Part shown: one piece after another, positions 1-12,268 of the stretch
Numbering within the stretch: the stretch's first letter is position 1
How the letters are laid out: each line of letters begins with the position of its first letter
Origin: Nemertoderma westbladi
Lineage: Eukaryota > Animalia > Xenacoelomorpha
Assembly: GCA_032718475.1 (NCBI GenBank)
Contig: JAUCBJ010008190.1
Coordinates: 1-34,549, forward strand
Length of the DNA: 34,549 nucleotides
Direction of reading: 5' to 3'
Notes under the pieces: model-generated
Told to the model about the DNA's origin: nothing
The model's input: only the letters and a program-made list of their open reading frames with translations
The model's database searches: none
Program-made: the position numbers and the translations under genes

Positions 1-1193
1 ACAGAGTACTGCCTGTTCAGGGACCTAGATGCAGCTTTAACTGCATTCTTGGCCGCTGTAGTCTGTTTGAGTCGGGACTCTTTCTGCGCCTTATGAAGGT
101 CATTTCGGCACTTCTGAATTTTGTTGTCAGTCCAGGGGGCCCTTTTCCTGTTTCGAGGGTATACAGGAACTGTTTCTGCAGCTGCTAACTTAACTGCTTC
201 TGTAAAGGCAGTATAGCCCTCACAGTGATCTGCCGCCTCAGAGGCAAGAGCCTCATACCTGTTGCTCAGCTGTAGTGTGAAGCTGGATCTCACACTTGGC
301 TGTTGCAACAGAGAGGACTAGTCATGCCGTGGCAAGGCAGATTTCGTTGTTCTGCTAGCACGCAGACTAAGTCTTACCTTGGCCACAATAAGGCGGTGAT
401 CACTGGAGAAGGGTCGAAGTGTAAATGCATTACAGTCTTGTATAGAGCTCCTGTATTTCCTACGAAACAGAATATGGTCTATCTGGGACTTGTGACCACT
501 GGGTCCACTATGAGTCCATAGCTTTCCAGTTCGCTTCTTGAACTGGGTTCCAGCCGAAAACAATCCATTTCCAGAGATAAAATCCTGAAGATGGACAGAA
601 TTTCGGTTAACACTATTGCTATAGACCCAGGGCGATGTAGGTGATTGATGCAGACTTGCATTAAAGTCTCCCAGGAATGTTAAGAATGCATGCTGATCCA
701 CTCCATCAGTTGCTGCTTGTAGATTGTGGTAGAAATTTTCCACCTCCTCTACAGGGGCAACACCAGTTGGAGAGTAGCACACAATCAGAACCACCTTAGG
801 AAACTTCTTAGCCAGTCTTCCAGAACATGAGAAGTGGCAACGGATGATGCGGTTAGAGATTTGGTCTATTTTGTCCAATGCTGCATGTGCAGTTGGATTC
901 ATCAATAGACCAATTCCACCATTGCCACTATCATCTGCTGACGCGAGGGCGAGTCGCCAACCGCCCCCCATGTCCTTAATCAGAACCTCATCAGTCTGTC
1001 CAGTCTGCATTCGGTGCTCTTGAACACCCACTGCGCTAAGAGAAAGCTTATCTGCCACGGCAGTCAGCTCACCTTGTCGCATTGGGGACCCGAGTGTTAG
1101 GGTGTTTACTGAGGCTAGTCTAGTGACTTGCCTCAGATTCACCAATGGCTTTGTTGGTCGGGGTGGAATAGTCAATTCTAGTGTTCTAGTCAA
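1..1193 (-). mobile_element. RTE-like non-LTR retrotransposon (LINE): APE endonuclease domain and downstream linker, pseudogenised, continuing off the window start
   Basis: ORF 318..1193 has APE motifs in order: VGVQEH, GGIGLL, CYSPT, LGDFNA, SQIDHIL, SDHRL. It stops at TAG 318-320, and the frame continues LINE-like (LSNRYEAL..., KRAPW) with further stops. Confidence 0.9.
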
Positions 1194-1654
1194 TTAGTCC
1201 CCAGTCCCAGTAGCTAATTGGAAAAAGGTTGTACTTGACTACGGTATATATTATATAATATACATACGAGTTATACATAATAATTAATTATCATAATTAT
1301 ATATTATATACATTATATTATACGCTCGTCTACATGACGCATCTTAACCCCCCCCCCCTCTCGGAGGTGATATGACCCTCACTCCCGGTCCCGCCCGTTC
1401 CATGCTTTCTCCGCTTTTCTCTTCTTTACTAATCTCTCCGCCATCACAAACTTTCCCACGCTCACCCAATTGGTGGGGCCTTACAAAGGCTCAATTTAAG
1501 TGAGTGCCGTTAAACAAGATGTTACAAGTTTCGTTCAGTAATGGCCTTCCTCCTACCTTGTTCTTTCCTTCGTGCTAATATTGCCCTAATTTTATCTCAA
1601 TTTTAGCTATGTTCCCCCCTGCCTGTGCTATTATCGCTATCTACCTTCTCACTT

Positions 1655-2330
1655 CCTCACGTGGAGCCCTCAGTGCCTACAGGTTCTACGGTACTATGTA
1701 CCCTACTACTGCTATGGTATCCGTACATACCCTTCACTTCCACTACTCACTACGTGGCGCCCTCAGTGCCCACAACTTCTACGGTACCATGTACCCTACT
1801 TCTATGGTATGCCTACATACCCTTCACTTCCACTCACTATGTGGCGCCCTCAGTGCCCACAACTTCTACGGTACTATGTACCCTACTACTACTACTATGG
1901 TATGTGTACATACCCTTTACTTCCTTACGTGGCACCCTCAGTGCCCACAACTTCTACGGTACTATGTACGCTACTACTCCTACTATGGTATGTGTACATA
2001 CCCTTTACTTCCTTACGTGGCACCCTCAGTGCCCACAACTTCCTTCTACGGTACTATGTACCCTAGTACTACTACTATGGTATGTGTACATACCCTTTAC
2101 TTCCTTACATGGCGCCCTCAATGCCCACAACTTCTACGGTACTATGTACCCTACTACTACTACTATGGTAGGTGTACATACCCTTTACTTCCTTACGTGG
2201 TGCCCTCAGTGCCCACAACTTCTACGGTACTATGTACCCTACTTCTATGGCATGCCTACATACCCTTTACTTTTGTTCACTACGTGGCGCCCACAGGTTC
2301 TATGGTACTCGCTATGTACCTTACTGCTAT
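1655..2330. repeat. Minisatellite, about 88-94 bp unit, about 8 degenerate copies, in the post-pol non-coding region of the inverted BEL copy
   Basis: Core CGTGGCACCCTCAGTGCCCACAACTTCTACGGTACTATGTACCCTACT recurs near 1660, 1754, 1840, 1928, 2016, 2108, 2196 and 2283. Confidence 0.92.
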
Positions 2331-3479
2331 GTACTACCTACTAGTACTAGTACTATTACTACTTATTTTATTATTTTGCTTGTTTATTTTTGTTTTTATG
2401 TGTGGGAAGGGCATCTCGCCCTCATCCCCACCCCCCTCAGTCCAATACATTGGACGACTAAACTTTAAGGCGACCCTTCCAATAGGCATCACTTTCCTAC
2501 CGCCCTCCTGTAGGTCTTCCTATCTTTGGCCCCTATCTTTCCTCCAATCCTCACTTCCACCGACCTAATCCTTCCATCTTCGCCCCCTTTCAGTCCAACT
2601 TCTTGAACGACTCAACAACCTAAGGGCGATTCTTCCAGCAGGCAACTCTCCCACTGCGCCCCTGTAGGTCCTCTTAATCTTCGCCCCACTCTTCTTGTCA
2701 ATTCCAACTCTCTTTGAATTGACCTTTCCTTCTCTTCCATCCTAAAATCTGGTCTTTCCGTCACCTCACTGATCTCCTCTTGGTCCCCTGGCAGCGAAAT
2801 GCCACCCTCCATCTTGTCGTCACTTGGCGGTTGAATACCGCCCTTCATGTCATCCTCACTGGTACATGCCACCTCTGCTGGCCTCCCTCTCACTATGTGC
2901 GCCGGCGTTAAAGCCCCAGATGACCCCCAGTCATCCTTCGGTACGCATAATGATTACCTATTTAATGCCCCCTCGCACTATGCCAGCCCCATGTGTGTAT
3001 ACAACATGCCTCCTCCAACTTTCCTGCCTCCTTCATCACGCTTCATCATCGGCCTCTCCGCCCTTGGTCTAATATTCCCACATGCTATCCCTGTCCAGCT
3101 TGTCTTCTTACTCAACCTCCTTCCCATCGGTATGCTTCTCAACTGGACCGGCGTCTATTCCGGATATTTCTCTGGATATCTCGCCGTCCGCTCTTCTCCA
3201 TCCTTATACCGATACTCGCCAGGAACATCTATGTTCCATCCCATCGCCTCGAGGTCCTCTGCATCGAATCCATTCTCCTCCACCCACTCTCTTGCTGTTG
3301 CTTCTCCTCCTGACTCATCTATCGGCGTTATTTCTCTGGACTTATCTTCCACCCTTTCACCACGCCCCACTATGTGTGGTTCCAGATCCATACCCATCCT
3401 CGACTCCTGGTATCCTTCCCTGGGCCACTTCTCACATGGGACCTCCCCATCGCCCGTCTCTGGTTTCTCCTCTATGTCC

Positions 3480-4229
3480 TCAACAATACCGGACAGCATG
3501 CACCCTGATGTCTCGGACACACCAAATGGTGTCCTCGTCTTAATTGGGCCAGTGAGCGTCCATCCAAATGGCGTGAGAATGGCCTTCGGGTCTTGCTCCC
3601 TGTCATTGCCGAATATGGTCTGAAGTCTCTCGTGGGCTGTCGGGCAGTCCATGCCGACTATGAGAGATACTTTTGGGACATCCAGCTCGGGCACGGAGAA
3701 ATCGATGTTGTCCAGGTACCGGTATTGCTCTACCTCGATCTTCGTGGGTCGCCTGGCGTTAATATTAATCGATTCTATTATTCGGATGGGTTCGATGGTA
3801 GCCCCATAGCTGCACCCTTGTTATCGCTGATATCTCGCAACGCCCCGTTCTCATTCTCATGACCTCTTCCTTATTGGAGATAGTAGTTACCGCCATCTTG
3901 CTTGGCCTCGTCTGTAACCGTATCCTTTCGGCCACCCAACTCTCCGTTAACGTGAATGCTGCTCCACTATCGACCAACATTGGTGTTGTGACCGATAGCC
4001 CATCCTTTCCTGTTATTCTCACTGGTACTACCCCGAGTAGTACTGTCCTCTTCCTCCTTGCTCCTGTGGGGCTCGTTGCCATGGTTTGGCCTCCAGTCTC
4101 ATCAGCCTCGTCATGTTTCATTGGTGTTTCCCTACACTCTTCGAATCTGTGTCCTTCTACCACGCATCGATGATATAGTCCATTTATACCCGCATAGGCT
4201 ACCCGATCTTGTTTAGGCAATGCCTGCCA
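3480..4229 (-). pseudogene. BEL/Pao gag zinc-knuckle end and aspartic protease region (frameshifted)
   Basis: ORF 3765..4220 has LLGVVPVRI...MLVDSGAAFT. ORF 3155..3694 begins VSLIVGMDCP...AILTPFGWTLTGP, the typical BEL/Pao protease C-terminus. Confidence 0.85.
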
Positions 4230-4230
4230 A

Positions 4231-5324
4231 AATATTAATCTATGAGCCCACGATTACCAAGAGGAGACTACCATTCACGTATCAGGTGGTAGCGACAGCA
4301 GCATCATATGGAGGGGTCATCAACACCCAAAGATATCTGGATAGATGGTCACCAGAAAATAGGATAGAATTCAGGAATTTTCTGGTGGAACACGTGCGAT
4401 GAAAATGATCTTGTGGGATGCTACCAGGGGGAAACAAGAGGGACACTCAGTGGGACCACCTGTGAAGCGATACCATGAGTTAATAACGCCCGCACCCAAG
4501 GATCCAACAATGGGGCTTGGTAAGACGGTATCAGCGAGGTTGAGTAGCCTCAAGAGTAAACAGGAGGGGAGAAAGCGACCCAGGCAGGACGACGATAGGG
4601 GTAAGGAACTGAGATGGTTCCCGGAGGGAGCGGGAGGAGCAATATAAAACTCTAAGACTGATTACAGGCGATGTCGACGTGCCTGGAGGCACCGCATGGA
4701 CAGACCAGTACAAATAATTCCTAAGTGCAATTAACACAAGTGCAATTAGTATGTACGTAGGTAATCAATCAATGTTAGAGAAATATAATACATGTACTAT
4801 AGTCAGATATAACCTTTTCCAATTAGCTATTGGGACTGGGGACTAATTGACTGAAACAGGAGGGTGGGACGATGACGGATCTCATTGACATGATGTACAC
4901 ATGCATGAGGCCCAACAGAAGTGAGTGAGAATGAAACGGGTTGAGAATGGGAGAAGTATGGGGAGGAGGTATTACGGTATGGGGAAGTAAAGAGTGCGAG
5001 ATTCAAGAGTGGGGAGCGAGTGTGGAGGGGGATGAGTCCTATGGGACTAGTGAGAGAGGAACGGACAACAAAGTCCGAGATATAAAATTGTGTGAGGAGT
5101 GAGGGCGATCGTCTAAAACAGATACGCCAGATGCCTTGGTACAGCTTAGCTCGTAGATGTACCAAGGATGGGTAGTGAAAACAGACCCAGGGGGGCCAGC
5201 CTGGAAAGTTGACGCCGAGAAGAAAATTCCACCCCACATCCAATACTAGATTGGATTCCAGCGGAATTGAAGCGCAATTAAGGTTGATTCTATCTTCTCA
5301 CCGGGAAGATAGCATGGGGGGGAG
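4231..5324 (+). repeat. Near-identical duplicate of the 3' internal segment (19821-20913) of the main BEL element, ending in a polypurine tract
   Basis: About 11 differences counted by eye over about 1.09 kb versus 19821-20913. It ends in GGGGGGGAG (5316-5324) directly before the LTR. Confidence 0.95.
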
Positions 5325-5911
5325 TGTAAGCGGATTCAATTCCCTGCACTACCCAGTGGAAAATGGGGAAAGTGGCTTTTACCAATTATAGTTGGGAAGG
5401 TGACATTACTAATATAATGTCACCTAATAACCAACTTAGACAATACACATTGCCAGCCACGAACAGAGTTGAGACGCCATAAGCCATCTCAAGGGGACAA
5501 AGGGGCTAGTGATATCGACAAGGGATAGTGGCAACAGGGAGTGCTGAAGTGGAGAATAATAGGTTTGCCAATGATGGGACGGGAAACCATGTGATTGAAG
5601 CGCATCCATTAGCCAGGCCACTTAGAGCAGTAGGAGTAACCAATTGCTTATGATTCAGTTGGTATGTGTAGAGTTGTGAGACCAGAACGGTTTTTAACCA
5701 TTGACATTACCGTGCTATTATATTCTGATTGTGCTATATTATTATATTCTGACATTATGAACAACTGCCACTAAAACTCCGTTATTCAAACGGCCTTTGG
5801 CCTTCTAGATTCAGACATCAGCCTTTCAGCAGCCTATGGACGCGGCGATGCGTATAACCCAAACAACACACCGGTCGGGATCCAGACTGCCAACTCCAGG
5901 ATCCCTTCACA
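5325..5911 (+). repeat. Left LTR (587 bp)
   Basis: TGTAAGCGGATTC...ATCCCTTCACA is a direct repeat of 20914-21521 and is homologous to the TSD-bounded solo LTR at 22669-23299, which fixes the ends. Confidence 0.93.
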
Positions 5912-5922
5912 GTTAAAAACCG

Positions 5923-8900
5923 ATGAGTCAACACCATCGAAAGAAAATAAAATAAACTGTGACAACAGCCAACGCCAATGATGAGCGAACAACAGATGCC
6001 CCAAGGTCCAGAGGGAGAAGCGAGCCCGCCGCGAACCCCGAGCGACAGAGACCAGACGATTCAGGAAGTAGCGACGAGGCGGTATCGGCACGCCATACCG
6101 GACTTGGAGAGGAGAGAGGATTCGGTGGTCGGAGAGGACAGCAGCTGAGTACGAGGGGAAGAGGGACGCGAGATCACAGCGGCGATGCATGAGGAATCGG
6201 TGTCGCCGGCCAACCAGTGGCCGAAGGTGGCGAGCGGCCCACCGGAACGGCAATGGTGGGGCTGACAGTACGGCGCCGGACGAGGAGAGAAGGTCAATTC
6301 TAGGAGGAAGACGTCGGGATGAGCGGTCGCCTACAACGAGGGTACAATACCACGAGGAAGTTGCTAAAGGACACTAAAACGGGAGGAAAGGTAGACCAGC
6401 CCAAGTTGTACCATAAGCTAGGTGAGTGCAACAATCATTTCCACTACCTAGTCCGATTTGGGCAGGGGGAACTAGCAAGAGAGAGAGCGAGGGGGGTCGC
6501 CACAGAACTGTTCGAATTGTGGCGATCCGAGGTGGTGGCGGCTAGTGTAGTGTATGTAGGGCCCTATCTAGTGGATGCATGGGGGATTAAGTTAGTGGGA
6601 TGGGCGGGTCCACACGACGCCGAACCCGAGGTTAACCCCAAAGATTTGGTGTCGTCAGTTAGTAGAAATGCTAGCAGGCACAGCAAAATTAGTAGAACAA
6701 ACAGGTGACGGGAGTCCGTCACAACTGAAAAGTCCACTACATCCTCCACGAAAGCAAGAAGGGTGTTAGAGATAGATCTGGCGTGTCAGCTAGACATAGT
6801 CGCGCTGACCATAAGGAACTGGAGAGACAGCTGGTTGAGGGGACTGCATTTCTAGAAAGGGAAAGGGAACTGTAAAGAGAGGGCTGAGAGGGTGGCGAGA
6901 AACTATAGAGAGGGTGAGGAGAGGGAAATGAGTGCGTGTAGAGAGCAGGAGGAGAGACAGGCAAACGAGTGCAAAGAGCGAGAGGCGAGGAGAGCTGAGA
7001 GGATTGCGAGGGAGACAGAGTTAGCCGATCGAAGTGTTAGAGAGGATAGAGAGAGAGAGATAGCTGGTAAGATAATGCGGGATGATATGCATACCCGGTT
7101 GAGGGGGTTGATGCAGTATCAGGCAAAGCAAAAACGCTGATTAGAACTGGCAAAAATGGGTTTATCAGAGAGCGAGGCTGGTTCGGGAAGTATTTATTAG
7201 GAACCAGGGGTGATGGAAACCTTTGTTAATACCCCACTTAAAGGTACTGGACGACAGACCCAGAACTGGTGTGACCGGACGGACGGGGGGAACGACAATA
7301 CGTTCAATGAGAACGTTAACATTAATAGTACCATAGTAGATAACCCTAATAATAATGAAACATTTCTTGCAGGAAATAATGTTTTGATTAATAATAATGT
7401 AAATATTGGTGTGCCAAATAATCAAAATAATTTAAATAATAACCTGGGTACAAGTAAAAAATAATGTTATAAATAATTCCGGTGAAATTAATCCAAATAA
7501 TGCAAGTAATAATATAACAAATCAACAGGGTGAGGCTAGTGGTGGTATAATTAATACAAACATTGGGGAAACAGGTAATTCGCCTAGTGGGGGCCTACAA
7601 GGCTGCGAGGTTGCACAGGGAGGAACGTGGGCGAATGAACCCAGGGAGAATAGAAGTAACGTGTCGGCTGGAGGGGAACACGGGCATGGGGGCAAAGTGA
7701 GAAGTGACGGGGGGGGGGGGGGCAGTAAATTCCCCACTGTCAATGGAAAATGCGCGCGGTGATTCAAGTGAACCAGGGCTCCCAACAACGGAGGAAAGGA
7801 GGGGGGGGGGGGGGCAGTAGAAGCCCCCACGAGCATCGGCAGATAATGCGCGCGGTGAGTTAAGTGATCCATGGCACCCAACAACAGAGGATAATAGAAG
7901 GACAACGAATATCCGCGAGGCCGTACAACCAGGCAGAGGGAGGGACATTGGTGCCGTAAGTGGCCAAACGAGAAAAAGTCGAGCAACTCGGAAGACGGAA
8001 GGAGAACAGTAGAGTTCATCCGGGAGGTCGATACGAGACCTCATGAAGGAGGACATAACGCCGAAACCAGAAGAAGTGAGGCGGAAGGAGGAAATGTTGC
8101 TATGGGCAACCAGAGACGTCGAGACCGGATGGACAGCAAACCGTCGATAGTCGAATTGGAGAGAGAGGGCCGGTGGGGTTGTACTCCGGGAGATTGCCGT
8201 CGCCCCGGAGAAACATAACCCTGCGAAATATACCACACACTGGGAGAGGGGTACAGAGTGTACCGATACGAGGAGGAAGACATAGGAGGGAATCAGAGGG
8301 AAACTTCCTGTCGGAACGTAGCTAGCGATCGATGATATGGTAGTCACGGGGAGGACTTCTCGGAATATTCGAGAAGATTAAACTTCGATCCGGAGGAACA
8401 CAGGAAGACTGCAGGACATTCTGTAGGTCTTACTGCACATACTATAGGCCATGCTGGGAGAGATAGTGTAGGTGATAGGGTAGCGCGAATGCCGGGATTG
8501 GACCCGAAGGTCGCGGCTTACATACTGGTGAGTAGGCAGGAACCTGATAGGCCTATACCGGTACCTGCACACCAGTATGACTATAATATGCAGGGATATA
8601 ATATATACCCAGGGGAGGGGGGGGGGGGGGTATTGCAGATAGGTGTATGGGCCCCAATACCACATCTACCCCGGTACCAAATATAACATCGGTGGGGGGG
8701 GGGGGGGGGGGGCATTCCCCCATTACTGTATCCACAATACACACAACCAAAATTAAAAAGCCCCTCAGATCAAAATAGATCGTGTGACACAGAGATATGG
8801 AGGGGACCGCTACCCCCAATGATATATCCCTCTCAAGGAAAGTCAACGAAACCGAGAGGCGAAGCACAGCCAACATTGAGGGAGCCTGCATTCCTACCGT

Positions 8901-9990
8901 CGAGCATGTTGGAAGTTCAAGCGATGGGAATGGCAAGATTGGCAACACTCATCGACGCGCTGAAAACTAGAATTGAGCTGCCACCTGTGGAGCCTTTTAA
9001 GTTTGATGGTAGCAAGCCGGAAGAATATCTACAGTTCCAGAGGATATACAGCAACGAGATTTTGATGAAAAATCTCACACAGACGGATTGCCTTAAATAT
9101 CTACAAGTCTATACAGGGGGGCCAGCCTATGACATCGTGAGGCAATACCAAGGTATTGAAGGAGGATTCACAACTGAATGGAGAGCCCTGAACAGGGAAT
9201 TTGGCCATCCTGCGAAGATTATCCGATAAACCTTAAGGGGAATAACATCAGGCAGACACGCAGATAAACCCGTTAGCATCAAGACATTCGCTAACAAAGT
9301 AGAAAAAGCACTCATAGTCTTAATGACTCTAGATGCACCTTACGAACTCAATGCCATCAAACAACATCACCACGATTGCGGAGGCACTACCAATTTGGTA
9401 AAGAAACAAATGGAGAAAGATCGCTTTCTACACTCGAGAGAAGAAAGGTGCGGAGCCAGGGTTGGAGGAGATGTCGAAATTCCTTAACTATGAGGCAGAG
9501 TTAATAACGGATCCAGTCTATAGTGAGGACAGTCTAGGCAAGGTACCGAAAACAGAATACAGCCGACCTAAACCCAAGCATAGTGCGGCTAATTTACTAC
9601 CGAAGGTGAGGCAGTCGCTACCATATGCGGCCACACAGGGGACTACAAGTCTGCAGGGAGCTGGGAGTAGAGCAACACCGTGGCAGGGACAGAAACAAAG
9701 TAACAACACGAATAGATACAAACCCAATACCCCCTGTAGGCCGAGTCCAAGCAACCAAAACACTAAACTGCTAGATATGAATCTAAGCGCAATACGTTAA
9801 ACGCTATATAAGGAATGCTACAATCGCGAATACAAATGTCAACTGCATAGGTTCGGTACACATAAGACCATAAACTGTAAACATTGGCAGGCGTTACTTA
9901 AACAAGATCGAATAGCCTACACCGGTAAGTATGGACTATGTCATCGATGCGCGGTAGGAGGACACAGGAAGGATGAATGTCAGGAACCAC
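5923..9990 (+). pseudogene. gag: gag region: long low-complexity N-terminal part, DUF1759-like capsid region and zinc knuckles
   Basis: LPPVEPFKFDG...YLQF...CLKYLQVYTGGPAYDIV...LNREFG in ORF 8819..9229. Knuckles CQLHRFGTHKTINC (9837-9878) and CHRCAVGGHRKDEC (9939-9980). The start at ATG 5923 is a guess. Confidence 0.75.
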
Positions 9991-10350
9991 TGATTAAATA
10001 TGCCGAGACTGATGGGACTGGAGGCCAGAAAATGGCGAAAAGCACCATGGGAGCAAAGAGGAAGGGAACGGTACTACTCGCAGTAGTACCAGTGAGGATA
10101 ATAGGAGAGAACAAGCTATCAGTTACGACGCTAATGGTGGTCGATAGCGGAGCAGCGTTCATGATAGCGGAAAGCTGGGTGGCCGAAAAGATAGGGTTAC
10201 AAACAAGGCCAAGTAAGATGGCGGTAACCATAATTTCCAGCAAAGATGAGGCCATGAAGATGAGGACGGGACAATGCGAAATTGCAGCAATAACACCAGG
10301 GTGCGACTATGGGGCTACCATTGAACCTGTTACGGTATATGGCGCTGTAC

Positions 10351-10475
10351 ATATATTAGTCCGTTATACAGTATAATATATTAGTCCGTTATATAGTATA
10401 ATATATTAGTCCGTTATACAGTATAATATATTAGTCCGTTATATAGTATAATATATTAGTCCGTTATGCAATATA
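10351..10475. repeat. 25-bp tandem repeat, 5 copies
   Basis: ATATATTAGTCCGTTATA(C/T)AGTATA units start at 10351, 10376, 10401, 10426 and 10451. Confidence 0.95.
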
Positions 10476-12183
10476 ATTATTTAGATAAGACATAGTAATG
10501 CGCAATGACATTTAGATAAGGAAAATAAAACGCCCATATATTTTGAATTCATCCATTTTGTATAGTATGTAGCCCTACCTATGTAATTTTGTAATAGGAT
10601 ATAAGTAGATAGTTCCAGGGTAGCAAGTTTCCGTTGGACCCTGGATGTGGGCTTGCTGTTATTAGCCTTGATGGGGCTAGCTATTGGTTTTAATTTTCTC
10701 TATAATTGCGCTAAATTAACCTTTGTGCATCGTGTTATTAGTACCGCTAAATTAAGCGTCGGCAAAATTACCTTATATGGTGACGAATTGTGGGTTTTGA
10801 GCGCAATAGGTTCACAATCCAGCGTCCTTATTGGCCTAACTGCTTCCAGGTTGGTCTAATGATAGCGCGGATTGGAGAGCCAATGAGAAAGCGATTGCAT
10901 CATCCCTCATGAATCACCTATAAATTGGCGGTTTGCCGGTATGTACAATGTCTTAGTCATTTCTTCTCATTTCACAGTTAGTTACAACCACCTTTTGGAT
11001 ACATTTGTGCGTAATTCTTTGTAAATTCTGTATTTCTGCTCTTTTTTCAGAATTATTTTCTTGCAATGATTAGCTAATTGATTCTTGCTTGTGTTTCTCA
11101 ATCAATCCCGATGATTACTGTTAATTACAATTGGAACTATGATTTCTACCCTTTACTTAATGGTTCTATGTGATTCCTTTCAACGCAATAATCCCACGGG
11201 ATTTCTTAGACTGTCAGACTTTGTGATTTGCATGTGCCGTTACGGTAGCTATTCATTTTAATGGAGGGCTAAGGTACCGGTAAGCGTGGCGGGCGCATCG
11301 GGGGGTTAGCGACGAAGGGAATGAGGAGGATTCAAAGGCGGGCAACGCTGGCGGGAAGGCCACCGTTGCGGTCAGGCAGTTGGCAGTGTAGAGCGGAGAC
11401 CACTCGCTAGTACAGTAATTAGGGGCTGATGATCCAGATTTTGTCTCTATTTTGTAGTATTAGGGGGGCAGGAATTGGGTTAGTTAGGAAGCCTAGATGT
11501 ACTCGGGAGAGGCCTATGTGCCTTACATTGCGAATTGCGAATTGCGGATTGTGCATCGCAAACTGAGTAGTAGACTGCGAGTTGTGAACTGTTGATCGCT
11601 AATTGAGAATTGTGCGTTAGGAACTAAGTTGGTAAGTATAAAATATTGATTGTTACGCTGATTGGTGTGTTACTAAAGTGTGCCTAATAAATCACGAATG
11701 TTTGGATAGGTGCCCTTTTCCCCTTTGATTGATTTCTATTTCTTAGTTTACTGTAAATTATTACTGATTAGGTCGAAAATAATACGGTATTTAGACTGTT
11801 ACTAGTACAACCAGTTACGTAATAAATTAGAATTGCGCATTCTGGAATACTTAGTAATTAGTACGCTGTAACATATTTGTGACTGTAATTAATTAGTAAA
11901 GTTAAGAATTTGTACGCAGCATAGCGGAGAGTAGTTAAGGTAGTAATTTGGAGTACCGTACACTATTCACACTGGGCGGTTATTTAGTTAGCGGACAATA
12001 AGTTAGATCGCAGTATACAGTACGCAACACGCATTAGTAATTTTGCTGGCCTAAAGCCAGCCGTAGGCAAGTTTAGTCCCACAGCAGGTATTAGCCCTAA
12101 AAGATACTGTACTAGAAGTTTTGATTATTAAAATATTCTCACATTCACACATTCCGTTAGGGAACCCCAGTCTTTGCGATTAT

Positions 12184-12268
12184 ATTAGATGCGATTAGAT
12201 TAGATGCGATTAGATTAGATGCGATTAGATCAGATGCGATTAGATTAGATGCGATTAGATTAGATTAG
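12184..12268. repeat. 15-bp tandem repeat (GCGATTAGATTAGAT), about 5 copies
   Basis: Directly visible; built from ATTAG subunits. Confidence 0.9.

Larger units (their letters stand above)
1190..4230 (-). mobile_element. Inverted, internally deleted BEL/Pao LTR-retrotransposon copy related to the element at 5325-21521; no LTR visible
   Basis: The reverse complement aligns by eye with the main element: 4229-3480 with 9884-10327 plus 12650-12980, 2585-2340 with 15920-16160, about 1620-1470 with 16890-17150, and 1260-1190 with about 20370-20441. Confidence 0.88.

Noticed and set aside
1655-2330. Repeat-spacer (CRISPR-like) organisation
   Set aside because: The sequences between cores are homologous to each other and differ only in TAC copy number.
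1609-2568. ORFs of 319 and 239 aa as real proteins
   Set aside because: They are translations of the roughly 90-bp minisatellite, open in several frames and antisense to the BEL copy.
2847-3623. 258-aa + strand ORF and similar Ser/Pro/Leu-rich ORFs (for example 7595..8347 and 18831..19451)
   Set aside because: They are antisense shadows of purine-rich retrotransposon coding strands, with no domain motifs.
3761-4240. AATATTAATC at both 3761 and the 4231 junction as a TSD
   Set aside because: Each copy is native to its own BEL segment and the intervening DNA is continuous protease sequence, so it is at most incidental microhomology.
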